Source: Candidatus Micrarchaeota archaeon
GTDB lineage: Archaea; Micrarchaeota; Micrarchaeia; Micrarchaeales; CABMGC01
Length of the DNA: 64,000 bases
Assembly (NCBI GenBank): GCA_021817505.1
Contig: JAKAUU010000016.1
Span: 2,844-66,843, forward strand
Direction of reading: 5' to 3'
In this document: piece by piece, positions 37,218 to 45,514 of the stretch
Layout: the number at the start of each line of letters is the position of its first letter
Numbering within the stretch: the stretch's first letter is position 1
Position numbers and translations under genes: made by a program
The notes under the pieces: generated by a model
What the model was told of the DNA's origin: nothing
Database searches by the model: none
Seen by the model: the letters and a program-made list of their open reading frames with translations, nothing else

Positions 37218-37560
37218 TTTATATCATTATGCAAAGAAAACCAATGCGTTTATGCATTGGATGAATTTGCAGTGAAACAAATATAATACCTGACTGCCGG
37301 GTATCTTTGTTTCTGGGTGACATGGAGATGATTCTATGTTACGATGTTACAGGTTCAGGGTCTATCCGACAAGGAGGGAGAGGAGAGAGCTGGACAGGCA
37401 GATGCTCCTTGCAAAGGAGCTCTACAGCCTTATCCTTGAAGAGGCAAAATGCCATTACGAAGAAACCGGCAAGACCTTCACAAGAAACATGATGAATCCA
37501 GGAACTGTATACAGGAAACGGCCTGTTGGAAACCCACGTCTTTAGACTTGGGATGATGCC
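37218..37560 (+). mobile_element. Miniature IS200/IS605-derived element, copy B (inverted relative to copy A)
   Basis: Aligns over its whole length to the reverse complement of 20541-20885. Each terminal hairpin carries one mismatch (ccaatgcGtttatgcattgg at 37241-37260; ccacgtctttagacTtgg at 37534-37551). Confidence 0.7.
37336..37545 (+). pseudogene. tnpB: TnpB remnant (N-terminus fused to C-terminal tail), copy B
   Basis: The 69-aa ORF MLRCYRFRVYPTRRERRELDRQMLLAKELYSLIL... differs from copy A at 7 residues. Confidence 0.7.
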
Positions 37561-37569
37561 ACATGGCGT

Positions 37570-37980
37570 TCATATCCTGTCAAGGAAGAGATTTAATTCG
37601 CGGTCGACTGCGACTATGCCCTCAGTTTCCCTCGGGACATCCTTTACGGAATAACTGTTGAAGTTATTCAGCAGGACCATCACTTCGGAGTTCAGCTCCT
37701 GCAGCCTCTTGTCCCTTATCCTGTACTTCCCGTTAATCTGGTTGACTACCAGCTTGCTGTCCGAGAACAATTCTATATCGTTTTCAGGCCCGAGCCTGTC
37801 GATCACCTTGCGCAGCGCGTTTATCACGGCGTTGTACTCTGCGACATTGTTTGTGGCTATGCCGTTGTATTCCACGTTTCTGTATATCAGCTTGCCTTTC
37901 GCATCGGATATGGAATAGCCTGATGCGCTTTTCCCGGGGTTTCCCCTTGATGCACCGTCGGTATATATCCTTATAAGCAT
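37570..37980 (-). CDS. rnhA: Ribonuclease HI (type 1 RNase H)
   Basis: IYTDGASRGNPG (first catalytic Asp), NNVAEYNAVINAL (Glu), and FSDSKLVV (Asp); 136 aa. Confidence 0.85.
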   Translation of the reverse strand: MLIRIYTDGASRGNPGKSASGYSISDAKGKLIYRNVEYNGIATNNVAEYNAVINALRKVIDRLGPENDIELFSDSKLVVNQINGKYRIRDKRLQELNSEVMVLLNNFNSYSVKDVPRETEGIVAVDRELNLFLDRI

Positions 37981-38051
37981 TGAAGCACTGAATCCATACT
38001 TGTCCGCATAATATTAAATAGTTATTTTGCAACTGAATAGCAGGTGTTTAC

Positions 38052-38465
38052 GTGGGATTATTTGACAGGTTTGGAAAGAAGAACGTGGCTGAAGATCTGG
38101 AAAAGGGATTGCCTTACGCAATCAAGACAGAGTTTGTCCCATACAAGCTCAGTGCGAATGGGAGAGGTTCAACCTCGTTGTATATTGATATAAAGAACCT
38201 GACCAAGGAACCCGTAATGGGTTCGGTGGTGGTACAGGTGCCGCAGAAGCTGAATCTCGACCAGATTGGCATGGCGAAGGAGAAGGAGGTGAGGCTAGGG
38301 TTGCTTGCGCCAAATGAGGAGAAGCGTGCGATGGTCGACATATATTCAGGCCCTGCAACAGACAAGGGGGAGTATACCCTTTCAGTTACGGCCTTCGTGC
38401 ATTACAGGGATTACGGGCATGTCCTGAACTCGATGAAGAAGCGTATCCTGATATCAGCGCTCTGA
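38052..38465 (+). CDS. Hypothetical protein (beta-rich, no signal peptide)
   Basis: 137-aa ORF filling the slot between rnhA and the wHTH gene. No motif recognised. GTG start. Confidence 0.4.
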   Translation: MGLFDRFGKKNVAEDLEKGLPYAIKTEFVPYKLSANGRGSTSLYIDIKNLTKEPVMGSVVVQVPQKLNLDQIGMAKEKEVRLGLLAPNEEKRAMVDIYSGPATDKGEYTLSVTAFVHYRDYGHVLNSMKKRILISAL

Positions 38466-38768
38466 AGCTGCCGGCGGCTGCTGTGCGGACGTTTTCGCAT
38501 TAGCTTCGAGCTTATGCGCTATCGAGCTTATGCCCTTCGCTATTTCCAGCCCTTTTTCGGTAAGGAATACTCTTTTGATTCTCCCGTGTTTTTCGCTAGA
38601 GATTATGCCAAGGCGTTCGCATTTGTTTAGGAAGTTTGATGTGTGTATGTAGGTGACATTTGTCTCCTTTGCAAGATCCGCTATATGCCATTCCTTCTCG
38701 ACCATCAGCGCGGTTATTATCCGTACCTGCTTCTCCTTGAAAAAGAGAGGTCCTAATGAATCCTTCAT
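38454..38768 (-). CDS. Small winged-helix transcriptional regulator
   Basis: 104 aa with the HTH pattern WHIADLAKETNVTYIHTSNFLNKCERLGII followed by a wing (GRIKRVFLTEKG). It lies 11 nt downstream of the pilin gene on the same strand. Confidence 0.6.
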   Translation of the reverse strand: MKDSLGPLFFKEKQVRIITALMVEKEWHIADLAKETNVTYIHTSNFLNKCERLGIISSEKHGRIKRVFLTEKGLEIAKGISSIAHKLEANAKTSAQQPPAASER

Positions 38769-38779
38769 AAATCCAACTT

Positions 38780-39268
38780 TTATGATGTTGTTACCTTGGA
38801 GATAATCTTCCCATATATGAGGTTATTGAACCCTGTCTGAGTGTCGGTGTAGTTGACCAGCAGGGATCCTGACAGCATGGACCCTATCTGGCCCTGGAAA
38901 TTCGAATTTCCGGAATAGCACTGGACCGTCAATGTTAGATTCTCGCCGGTATCCATTGCGATAGGCGATGTATAGGTAGTTATGTGCGCGGTAGTCTGGT
39001 TTGTATTGCACCCTATCTGGTTTATCTGTATGGGGTCCGTATTGGTATATTCTATGTTTACCGTAAGGATCCCATTGCCTGTCAGTGAGTTGCCTGCGCA
39101 TGTGAAGCCTGAAGGCAGCGTGCATACTGGCGAGACGTAGTTTGAAGGCGTAAAGACATTTAGCTCGTACAGGGAGACCAGCACAATCCCTATTATCAGT
39201 ATCGCCCATCCGTATGTCATGAGGTACTCCATGGCAGTCTGCAGCTTTCTGGACTCTTTCCCGTGCAT
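38780..39268 (-). CDS. Class III signal peptide protein (archaeal type IV pilin-like)
   Basis: N-terminus MHGKESRKLQTAMEYLMTYGWAILIIGIVLVSLY, nearly the same as that of 59602-60171. 162 aa, with three N-x-S/T sequons. Confidence 0.8.
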   Translation of the reverse strand: MHGKESRKLQTAMEYLMTYGWAILIIGIVLVSLYELNVFTPSNYVSPVCTLPSGFTCAGNSLTGNGILTVNIEYTNTDPIQINQIGCNTNQTTAHITTYTSPIAMDTGENLTLTVQCYSGNSNFQGQIGSMLSGSLLVNYTDTQTGFNNLIYGKIISKVTTS

Positions 39269-39340
39269 AAATTTATTCCTACTTAAAGAATTATAAAGAA
39301 GCTACTCCATTAGTTGTGCGTTATGTTTCGGTAGTTTTTC

Positions 39341-41086
39341 ATGGAGATATTAGGATATGCGCTTACATCGGCATACATATTGCTTCTGATCGGACTCGTA
39401 TCATCAGTAGTATATTACAGGGAGGATCTGGCAAAGCAGCTCAGGGGCAGGATTACAAAGAGATCCCTTATCGCTCTGCTGTTCATACTTATCTTCTTTG
39501 TCGGCTTCCTTGCACTCTTTGTGCATCCTGCTGAACAGTTATACTTCGATGAGAATATCTACCAGGGCATAGCACTGAACATACTGAAGCATGGCAATGC
39601 GCTATGGTGCCAGTACGGCAGCGCATATCTGAATCAGTGCGGTACAAGCTCAATTTACCATGATCCCGTAGAATGGTCATTCTACATAGCCATTGCCTTC
39701 GGAATATTCGGAATCGGAACCTCTACGGCTTATAATATGGAGCTGCTGGCAGGCGCCCTGCTTGTTATAGCAGTATTTTTATTGGGATCCTCTATGAAGG
39801 GGGAGAAGGCAGGGATACTCTCTGCGATTGCGATTTCCATCATGCCCGAGGTACTGATATGGTCAAGGGCGCAGGCAGTGCCTGACCTGGCTCTTGCCGC
39901 ATTTGCAACACTCTCTTTCTTCTTCTTCACGATCTTTGCAGATAACAAGAAGAGCTCGACTCTGCTGCCATTCCTGTTTTCCCTCGGGATTGCCGTTTAC
40001 ATGAGGACCGAGGGTTCGCTCCTGATAATATTATTTGCAATACTATATTTCATATATGGGGACTCGTCATTGAAGAGGAACTTCTCAGGCAGCATAAAGT
40101 GGCTGAAGAACCTGGTAAACAATGATGAACGATCCCTGCTTTACATACTGGTATTCGCAATACTGCTTGTGCCCCAGGCGTATTACATATCAGGTCAGCT
40201 TGCAAATCCGCAATTCGGGCAGGGGAGCGGAGGACTCTTCTCGATAGCGAACTTTGAGAACAATGCCCCTCTGAATGTGAATTATCTGTTCGGGGCTTTC
40301 AGCACAAAAGGGTATTATCCTGCCGAGTTCCCTGCTGAAATCACTATTCTTGCAGTTATAGGAGCGGCTTTCACAATAGGCACAGCGTATGGCAACAGGA
40401 AAAATCTCCCGATAGTGATTGCACTTGGGCTGTGGTTCCTTATCTACTTCATCTTCTACGCCTTCTTCTATGCAGGGTCTGCAACTTACGGTGTCGATTC
40501 GAGGATGATGCTTCAGCTGCATCCCGAACTGGTAATACTATCTGCAATAGGCATCGTGGAGATGGCAGGCCTGTTCGGATCCATAGGTTCCTACAGGAAA
40601 AGGGGAAAGGCAGGCAGACAGCCTTTGGGCAGGCGGGCCCCTATTGCGTTGCTTCCTTATGCCGCATTCTTCGTAATCGCAGCTTTCATATTCGTACAGT
40701 TCTTCCCGATAGTCACTATGCAACCGTCAAGCGCGCCCCAGCAGAGAATAATACTCCCGGCGACGAACTTTATAGGCAGCAATTATGACTCCGTACCTAA
40801 CAATTGCCTGGTATTCAGTTTTACTCCGGACATCTGGTATGAGAATGGAAGAGCTGCAGCGCAGATAGGCTATCTCGGCTCAAGGAGTGCAAACTTTACC
40901 AACTTCACAAAAAGCTACAGCTGCTTTGTCCTTGATTATGGCTATTGGTGCACAGTGCCCCCTTATGACAACACTAGCTGCCCTGCTTACCTCAAATCAT
41001 ACAATACAAGCGCATTGGCGACGCAGAGCATAAACGGTTCGTCGTACGGTGTGGGCCTTTATCTCTTAAGGAACTACTCCGGATGA
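39341..41086 (+). CDS. GT-C fold glycosyltransferase (ArnT/PMT-like, family 39/83 type)
   Basis: 581 aa, about 11-13 TM segments, an acidic first-loop motif (YFDENIYQG), and a soluble C-terminal domain. No WWDYG motif, so it is not called AglB. Confidence 0.6.
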   Translation: MEILGYALTSAYILLLIGLVSSVVYYREDLAKQLRGRITKRSLIALLFILIFFVGFLALFVHPAEQLYFDENIYQGIALNILKHGNALWCQYGSAYLNQCGTSSIYHDPVEWSFYIAIAFGIFGIGTSTAYNMELLAGALLVIAVFLLGSSMKGEKAGILSAIAISIMPEVLIWSRAQAVPDLALAAFATLSFFFFTIFADNKKSSTLLPFLFSLGIAVYMRTEGSLLIILFAILYFIYGDSSLKRNFSGSIKWLKNLVNNDERSLLYILVFAILLVPQAYYISGQLANPQFGQGSGGLFSIANFENNAPLNVNYLFGAFSTKGYYPAEFPAEITILAVIGAAFTIGTAYGNRKNLPIVIALGLWFLIYFIFYAFFYAGSATYGVDSRMMLQLHPELVILSAIGIVEMAGLFGSIGSYRKRGKAGRQPLGRRAPIALLPYAAFFVIAAFIFVQFFPIVTMQPSSAPQQRIILPATNFIGSNYDSVPNNCLVFSFTPDIWYENGRAAAQIGYLGSRSANFTNFTKSYSCFVLDYGYWCTVPPYDNTSCPAYLKSYNTSALATQSINGSSYGVGLYLLRNYSG

Positions 41087-41934
41087 ACGGATTTCTTCCT
41101 TCTGATCATTCGTTGCCTTATGAAGAGGATTACTATTACCGCTATTACGAACATTATGCCTGCCTGGACCAGATAGCCTTTGAGCCTGTTCTGTGAAATC
41201 GGAGAAGGGGAGACCGTTATTATCGAGGCCGAAGAGTGCGTTATGCCGTTTTCTGAATATTCTAAAGCAACTGCACCGGAGTAGGAGTTATTCTGCTGGG
41301 GCAGACCGGAATATAGGGTAAAGTTATAGTACTGGTAAGGATTGATGGTGAAGCTTGCAGCTGCGCCGCCGTTCCTCTCGAGGGCAGGGGGCAGCATCAG
41401 GGTGATGTTCCCGGATATGCTGTTTTGGGAGAGGCTGTAGATGCTCCCGGATATCCTGCCGGTAGTTGAATTGATATCTGTTACTGAGAGATTCGTTATC
41501 CTGAGCAGGGATTGCGATACGTTTCCGGAATTGACTACGCATGGGAATAAGACCGTGAATGTCTGCGTGCCCTGCTGGTACGTCAGAAGAAACGAGTAAG
41601 CAAACGAACCTGTCCTGTTCACAATGCCTGAGCTTATGTTAAAGAAGATATTCTGCCCGGGGCCTATCTGCTTTGCAGCATAGGTACCTGTCTTCCGGCT
41701 AGAGAATGCAGTATACGACTGCAGTATTACCGATGACGCAAAATCGCTTCCGCTGTTGAGTATGGAGAAGTTTATATTGCCGTTCTTTCCAAGACCCGAC
41801 TGGCAGGTTCCTGTCAGCGTAACGGTGCCTGCGGCGTAAGACATGTGGGAAAATATTGCAAGCATGCTGAGAAGCGCAATTGGAAGAAGCCTGTTCATCC
41901 CTTCGCCTCTACTCCAGAACGCCCATGCCCTCAA
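41074..41934 (-). CDS. Secreted beta-rich protein with C-terminal TM anchor and basic tail
   Basis: The likely start is M13 at 41898 (MNRLLPIALLSMLAIFSHMSYA signal peptide). Many sequons. The C-terminus reads GIMFVIAVIVILFI + RQRMIRRKK. It begins 10 nt after the pilus ATPase stop. Confidence 0.6.
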   Translation of the reverse strand: MRAWAFWSRGEGMNRLLPIALLSMLAIFSHMSYAAGTVTLTGTCQSGLGKNGNINFSILNSGSDFASSVILQSYTAFSSRKTGTYAAKQIGPGQNIFFNISSGIVNRTGSFAYSFLLTYQQGTQTFTVLFPCVVNSGNVSQSLLRITNLSVTDINSTTGRISGSIYSLSQNSISGNITLMLPPALERNGGAAASFTINPYQYYNFTLYSGLPQQNNSYSGAVALEYSENGITHSSASIITVSPSPISQNRLKGYLVQAGIMFVIAVIVILFIRQRMIRRKKSVHPE

Positions 41935-43234
41935 GACCTATCTTCTGGAGCGCTTTTCGCGGGTTGTCATAGTACTCTTTGCAGAATTCGTTTATGCCAC
42001 GCATGTCCCTTATCCCCATCTTGTTAAGCGTCTCCAGTATCTTTGCTCTCCTGTTCTCCTCTGCTATGATCTCGTTCGGGGTGAACCCTGAGAGCCTTGC
42101 AAGCGCATCCCTGTAGGTTATGCTAGGCAGTATCGGCGATCCCTTTCTTGTCCTGTAATCATACAGATAGAGGTCTGAAAGGAGAACCTTGGTCTCTATG
42201 CCCGATACCTCTGATATCTGCGTTATCCTTCTTTCGAATCCCTTGTCCGAGGAGATCTGCGATATCACCATTAACGCGTCTATCAGGGTTATTGCATTGG
42301 AACTTATGCTCATCGGAGGCTGCTCCAGCCTGTTGACTATGTCTCTTGTGGTGCTTGCGTGTATTGTTCCGAAGACGATCTTTCCTATCGTCATTGCGGA
42401 GATAAGGTCTTTTGCCTCTGCTCCCCTTATCTCCCCTATTATTATCATGTCCGGCCTCATTCTGAGGACGTTCTTCAGCAGGTCTTCCAGAGTGAGGTCA
42501 AGGTTGGTCTCAAGCCTTACGCAGTTCTCCTGGGTCTCGGTATTGAGTTCATAGGTATCCTCTATGACTACCACCCTCTCCTCCGGCCTGAAGAAGCTGA
42601 ACATCGCATTCAGAAGAGTGGTCTTTCCGCTTCCTGGAGTCCCGCCGAGAAGCAGGTTGGCAGGCCTGACCTTCAGGCCCTCGGAATACAGCCATATCCT
42701 TGCAGCTATGTTGTAATTTAGCTCTCCGAAGTTTATCAGGTCTATGACGCTGAAGGCATGCTTCTTGAAGTTTCTGATCGTTACGCTGGCTCCCCTCGGG
42801 GATTTCACCACGTTGGCCCTCGAGCCGTTAGGAAGGTGTATGTCGTAGATGTGCTTGTTTGCATCGTTTGCTGTTGCATACATGTTGAGTTTTTTTACGA
42901 AACGGATAAGCTCTTTGGGATCCTTGATCCTCTCGGAAACCTTCATCTCGCCCTCCGCACCTTTGTTTATGAAAATGTTGTCTATGCTGTTTACCATTAT
43001 GTCCTCTACACGTTCGTCTTTGAGATAGTCGTTTATAGGGTAGAAGTTGGAGGTATCCTTTGCTATCTTCGCTATCGTGTCCTGGTCTATTGAAGGATTA
43101 AAGGTCTTTGCAATCTTCTCTATCGCACTGTAAAGCGATGCATCCCCGTATATGTCGGACATCTTGCCTTCGAGCTCCTCGAATATCTTCTCCTCAAAAT
43201 CATAGAACTCTTCATCGTCCATGCCAACCAGCAA
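41909..43234 (-). CDS. Type II/IV secretion-family ATPase (archaeal pilus/archaellum assembly ATPase, FlaI/PilB-like)
   Basis: Walker A GGTPGSGKTTLLNA, Walker B VVVIEDTYE, GEIRGAEA and TIHAS boxes typical of GspE/VirB11/FlaI ATPases. Confidence 0.85.
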   Translation of the reverse strand: MLVGMDDEEFYDFEEKIFEELEGKMSDIYGDASLYSAIEKIAKTFNPSIDQDTIAKIAKDTSNFYPINDYLKDERVEDIMVNSIDNIFINKGAEGEMKVSERIKDPKELIRFVKKLNMYATANDANKHIYDIHLPNGSRANVVKSPRGASVTIRNFKKHAFSVIDLINFGELNYNIAARIWLYSEGLKVRPANLLLGGTPGSGKTTLLNAMFSFFRPEERVVVIEDTYELNTETQENCVRLETNLDLTLEDLLKNVLRMRPDMIIIGEIRGAEAKDLISAMTIGKIVFGTIHASTTRDIVNRLEQPPMSISSNAITLIDALMVISQISSDKGFERRITQISEVSGIETKVLLSDLYLYDYRTRKGSPILPSITYRDALARLSGFTPNEIIAEENRRAKILETLNKMGIRDMRGINEFCKEYYDNPRKALQKIGLEGMGVLE

Positions 43235-43358
43235 GAAATTTTACTGGTAATAATTCAAAGAGCAAGTTTAATAATCCGTATTCATTTTGGATAAGAGCTT
43301 GGTGCTTCTGATAAGTCATCCTTTTTATTGTTTTAGGGCATACTGTTAATGTAATTGG

Positions 43359-45095
43359 ATGGAGATACTCAGGTATGATCTGGCGGTGCTTGGAAGCGGG
43401 ATAGGCGGATTCACATCCGCAATACATGCGAGCCACCACTCTAAAGGAAGGCTGAAGGTAGCGGTAATATCGAAATTGCATGCGATGAGGAGCCACTCTG
43501 TCTCTGCAGAGGGAGGCATATCCGGAGTGCTCTACCATGGCAAGGGAGATTCTGAGAGCCTGCATGCATATGACACGATAAAAGGTTCGGATTATCTTGC
43601 GGATCAGGATGCGGTAGAGCTTCTTGTAAAGAACGCACCAAAGGAGATAAAGTTCTTTGACCATATAGGGGTACCGTGGAACAGGGGAGAAGATGCAGTG
43701 ATACAGCAGCGTCCGTTTGGAGGCATGAGCATACCGCGAACAGTATTTGCTGCAGACAAAACAGGATTCTTCATGATGCGCGCCCTCTACGACTATACGC
43801 TGCAGCTGAAGAACGTGGATATACTGCATGAGACCTTCGCGACTGCGATACTGATGGACGGGAAGAGAGCAGCAGGCATATTCGTGATGGACCTTGCAAC
43901 CCGTGAGACGAAGCTCATAGAGGCCAAGTCCATAATAATAGCAACTGGCGGTTTCTCAAAGGTTTATGGCTTCACCACCACCTCGCATTCAACCACGGGA
44001 GACGGGATAGCGCTCGCATACAAGGCTGGGCTCTCCCTCAAGGACATGGAATTCGTGCAGTTCCATCCGACTGGGCTTATACCTAGCGGCATACTGATAA
44101 CAGAGGCAGCGAGAGGAGAGGGAGGTTACCTGAGGAACTCAGAAGGAAAGAGGTTCATGGAGGACTATGCCAAGAGCGTGATGGAGCTCGCACCCAGGGA
44201 CATAGTCTCAAGGGCGATAATGAGCGAGATTGCAAAGGGCAAAGGGGTAATGCATCAGGAATCGGGATTTGAGCACGTATGGCTTGACCTGCGCCATCTG
44301 GACAATGCAAAGATAGATGAGCGTCTGCCGATGATAAAGGATATTACGATAAAGATGCTTGGGATAGACCCGTCAAAGGAGCAGATACCGGTAAGGCCGG
44401 TAGCCCACTTCACAATGGGCGGCATAAATACCGACATTAAAGGAAGGGCGATGTTCAGTGCAAGGAAGCCTGCCGAGGGAGTATGGGCTGTTGGGGAGTG
44501 CGGATGCGTAAGCGTTCACGGAGCCAACAGGCTGGGCAGCAACTCCCTGAGCCAGTGTTCGGTATGGGGCAGGATAGCAGGCATTGAAGCTGCGGAGCAT
44601 GCGATGAAGGCAGGCAAGGCAGACGGCAAGAGCCTTCATGCAAAAGCAGAAGAGGAGGAGCTCAGGATAATAGAATTGATTGAAAGAACGGAGGGATCGG
44701 ATCCTTACCAGATAAGGAAGAGCCTTAACTCGATTATGGACTCGATGGTTTATGTTTACAGGAAAGAGGCTGAGCTGAAAAGGGCAAAGGCGGCGATAGC
44801 AAAGCTCAGGAATGAGTGCAGGAGCATCGTTGTCAACGACAAGAGCAGCATCTTCAACACGAACCTGAGGGATGCGCTTGAGACCTGCAACCTCGTCGAA
44901 CTTGCAGCAGTGGTAGTCGAGGGTGCGATACGCAGGAAGGAGAGCAGGGGAGCGCATGCGATGGTTGAGCATCCGAAGAGGGATGACAAAAGATGGCTCA
45001 AGCACACAGTTGCAGCAAGCAAAGGTAACGGGATAGGCATAAGCTACATTCCCGTAAAGATTACAAAGTGGCAACCGCAGGAGAGGAAGTATTGA
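43359..45095 (+). CDS. sdhA: Succinate dehydrogenase/fumarate reductase flavoprotein subunit
   Basis: FAD fold VLGSGIGG, covalent-FAD histidine context RSHSVSAEGG, FHPTG, and ECGCVSVHGANRLGSNSL. Confidence 0.9.
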   Translation: MEILRYDLAVLGSGIGGFTSAIHASHHSKGRLKVAVISKLHAMRSHSVSAEGGISGVLYHGKGDSESLHAYDTIKGSDYLADQDAVELLVKNAPKEIKFFDHIGVPWNRGEDAVIQQRPFGGMSIPRTVFAADKTGFFMMRALYDYTLQLKNVDILHETFATAILMDGKRAAGIFVMDLATRETKLIEAKSIIIATGGFSKVYGFTTTSHSTTGDGIALAYKAGLSLKDMEFVQFHPTGLIPSGILITEAARGEGGYLRNSEGKRFMEDYAKSVMELAPRDIVSRAIMSEIAKGKGVMHQESGFEHVWLDLRHLDNAKIDERLPMIKDITIKMLGIDPSKEQIPVRPVAHFTMGGINTDIKGRAMFSARKPAEGVWAVGECGCVSVHGANRLGSNSLSQCSVWGRIAGIEAAEHAMKAGKADGKSLHAKAEEEELRIIELIERTEGSDPYQIRKSLNSIMDSMVYVYRKEAELKRAKAAIAKLRNECRSIVVNDKSSIFNTNLRDALETCNLVELAAVVVEGAIRRKESRGAHAMVEHPKRDDKRWLKHTVAASKGNGIGISYIPVKITKWQPQERKY

Positions 45096-45514
45096 TGGAG
45101 ATAAAATCGACATATGATATGAGGGGAAGGCAGAGGAATGTGCTTAGACTCTTGCATTTCGACAGGGAGGGGTTAGCGCACATAATAGCTTACAGGATAC
45201 TGGTATTCCTCTGCATAATAACAGGTATAGTTGCCATTTACTCTCTTCTATCGGGCAGCATATTCTTCCTTGGCCTGACAAAAGCCCTCTTTGCGATAGT
45301 CTGGCTGCTCTTCGGCATAGAGCTTTACTCCGTATACAAGGCCTTCGGCATAATCTCTACAAAAGGAATAGTCTTCGGAAGGCTTAACGAATCTTTTGTC
45401 AATTCGGAGATAAAGAAGAGCAATTGGCAGGGTCTGGTAAAGGCAGGAGCGCCTATGCTCTTAGTGGTATGGTATGCGCTCTTCGTAGCCTTTGCAGTGG
45501 TGGTTTTGTTATGA
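45095..45514 (+). CDS. Small 3-TM membrane protein, putative SDH membrane anchor subunit
   Basis: 139 aa from ATG 45095, which overlaps the sdhA stop (TGATG). Three hydrophobic helices, with His residues in LLHFDREGLAHIIAY. It sits between sdhA and sdhB, and its stop overlaps the sdhB start (ATGA). Confidence 0.55.
   Translation: MEIKSTYDMRGRQRNVLRLLHFDREGLAHIIAYRILVFLCIITGIVAIYSLLSGSIFFLGLTKALFAIVWLLFGIELYSVYKAFGIISTKGIVFGRLNESFVNSEIKKSNWQGLVKAGAPMLLVVWYALFVAFAVVVLL

Noticed and set aside
43212-43829. 205-aa minus-strand ORF spanning the sdhA start region
   Set aside because: It is antisense to sdhA, extends into the divergent promoter region, and shows no motif.
45424-45510. Upstream extension of the SdhB ORF from TTG 45424
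   Set aside because: It overlaps the last 90 nt of the preceding membrane-protein gene. ATG 45511 in an ATGA stop/start overlap fits the coupling pattern seen throughout this operon.
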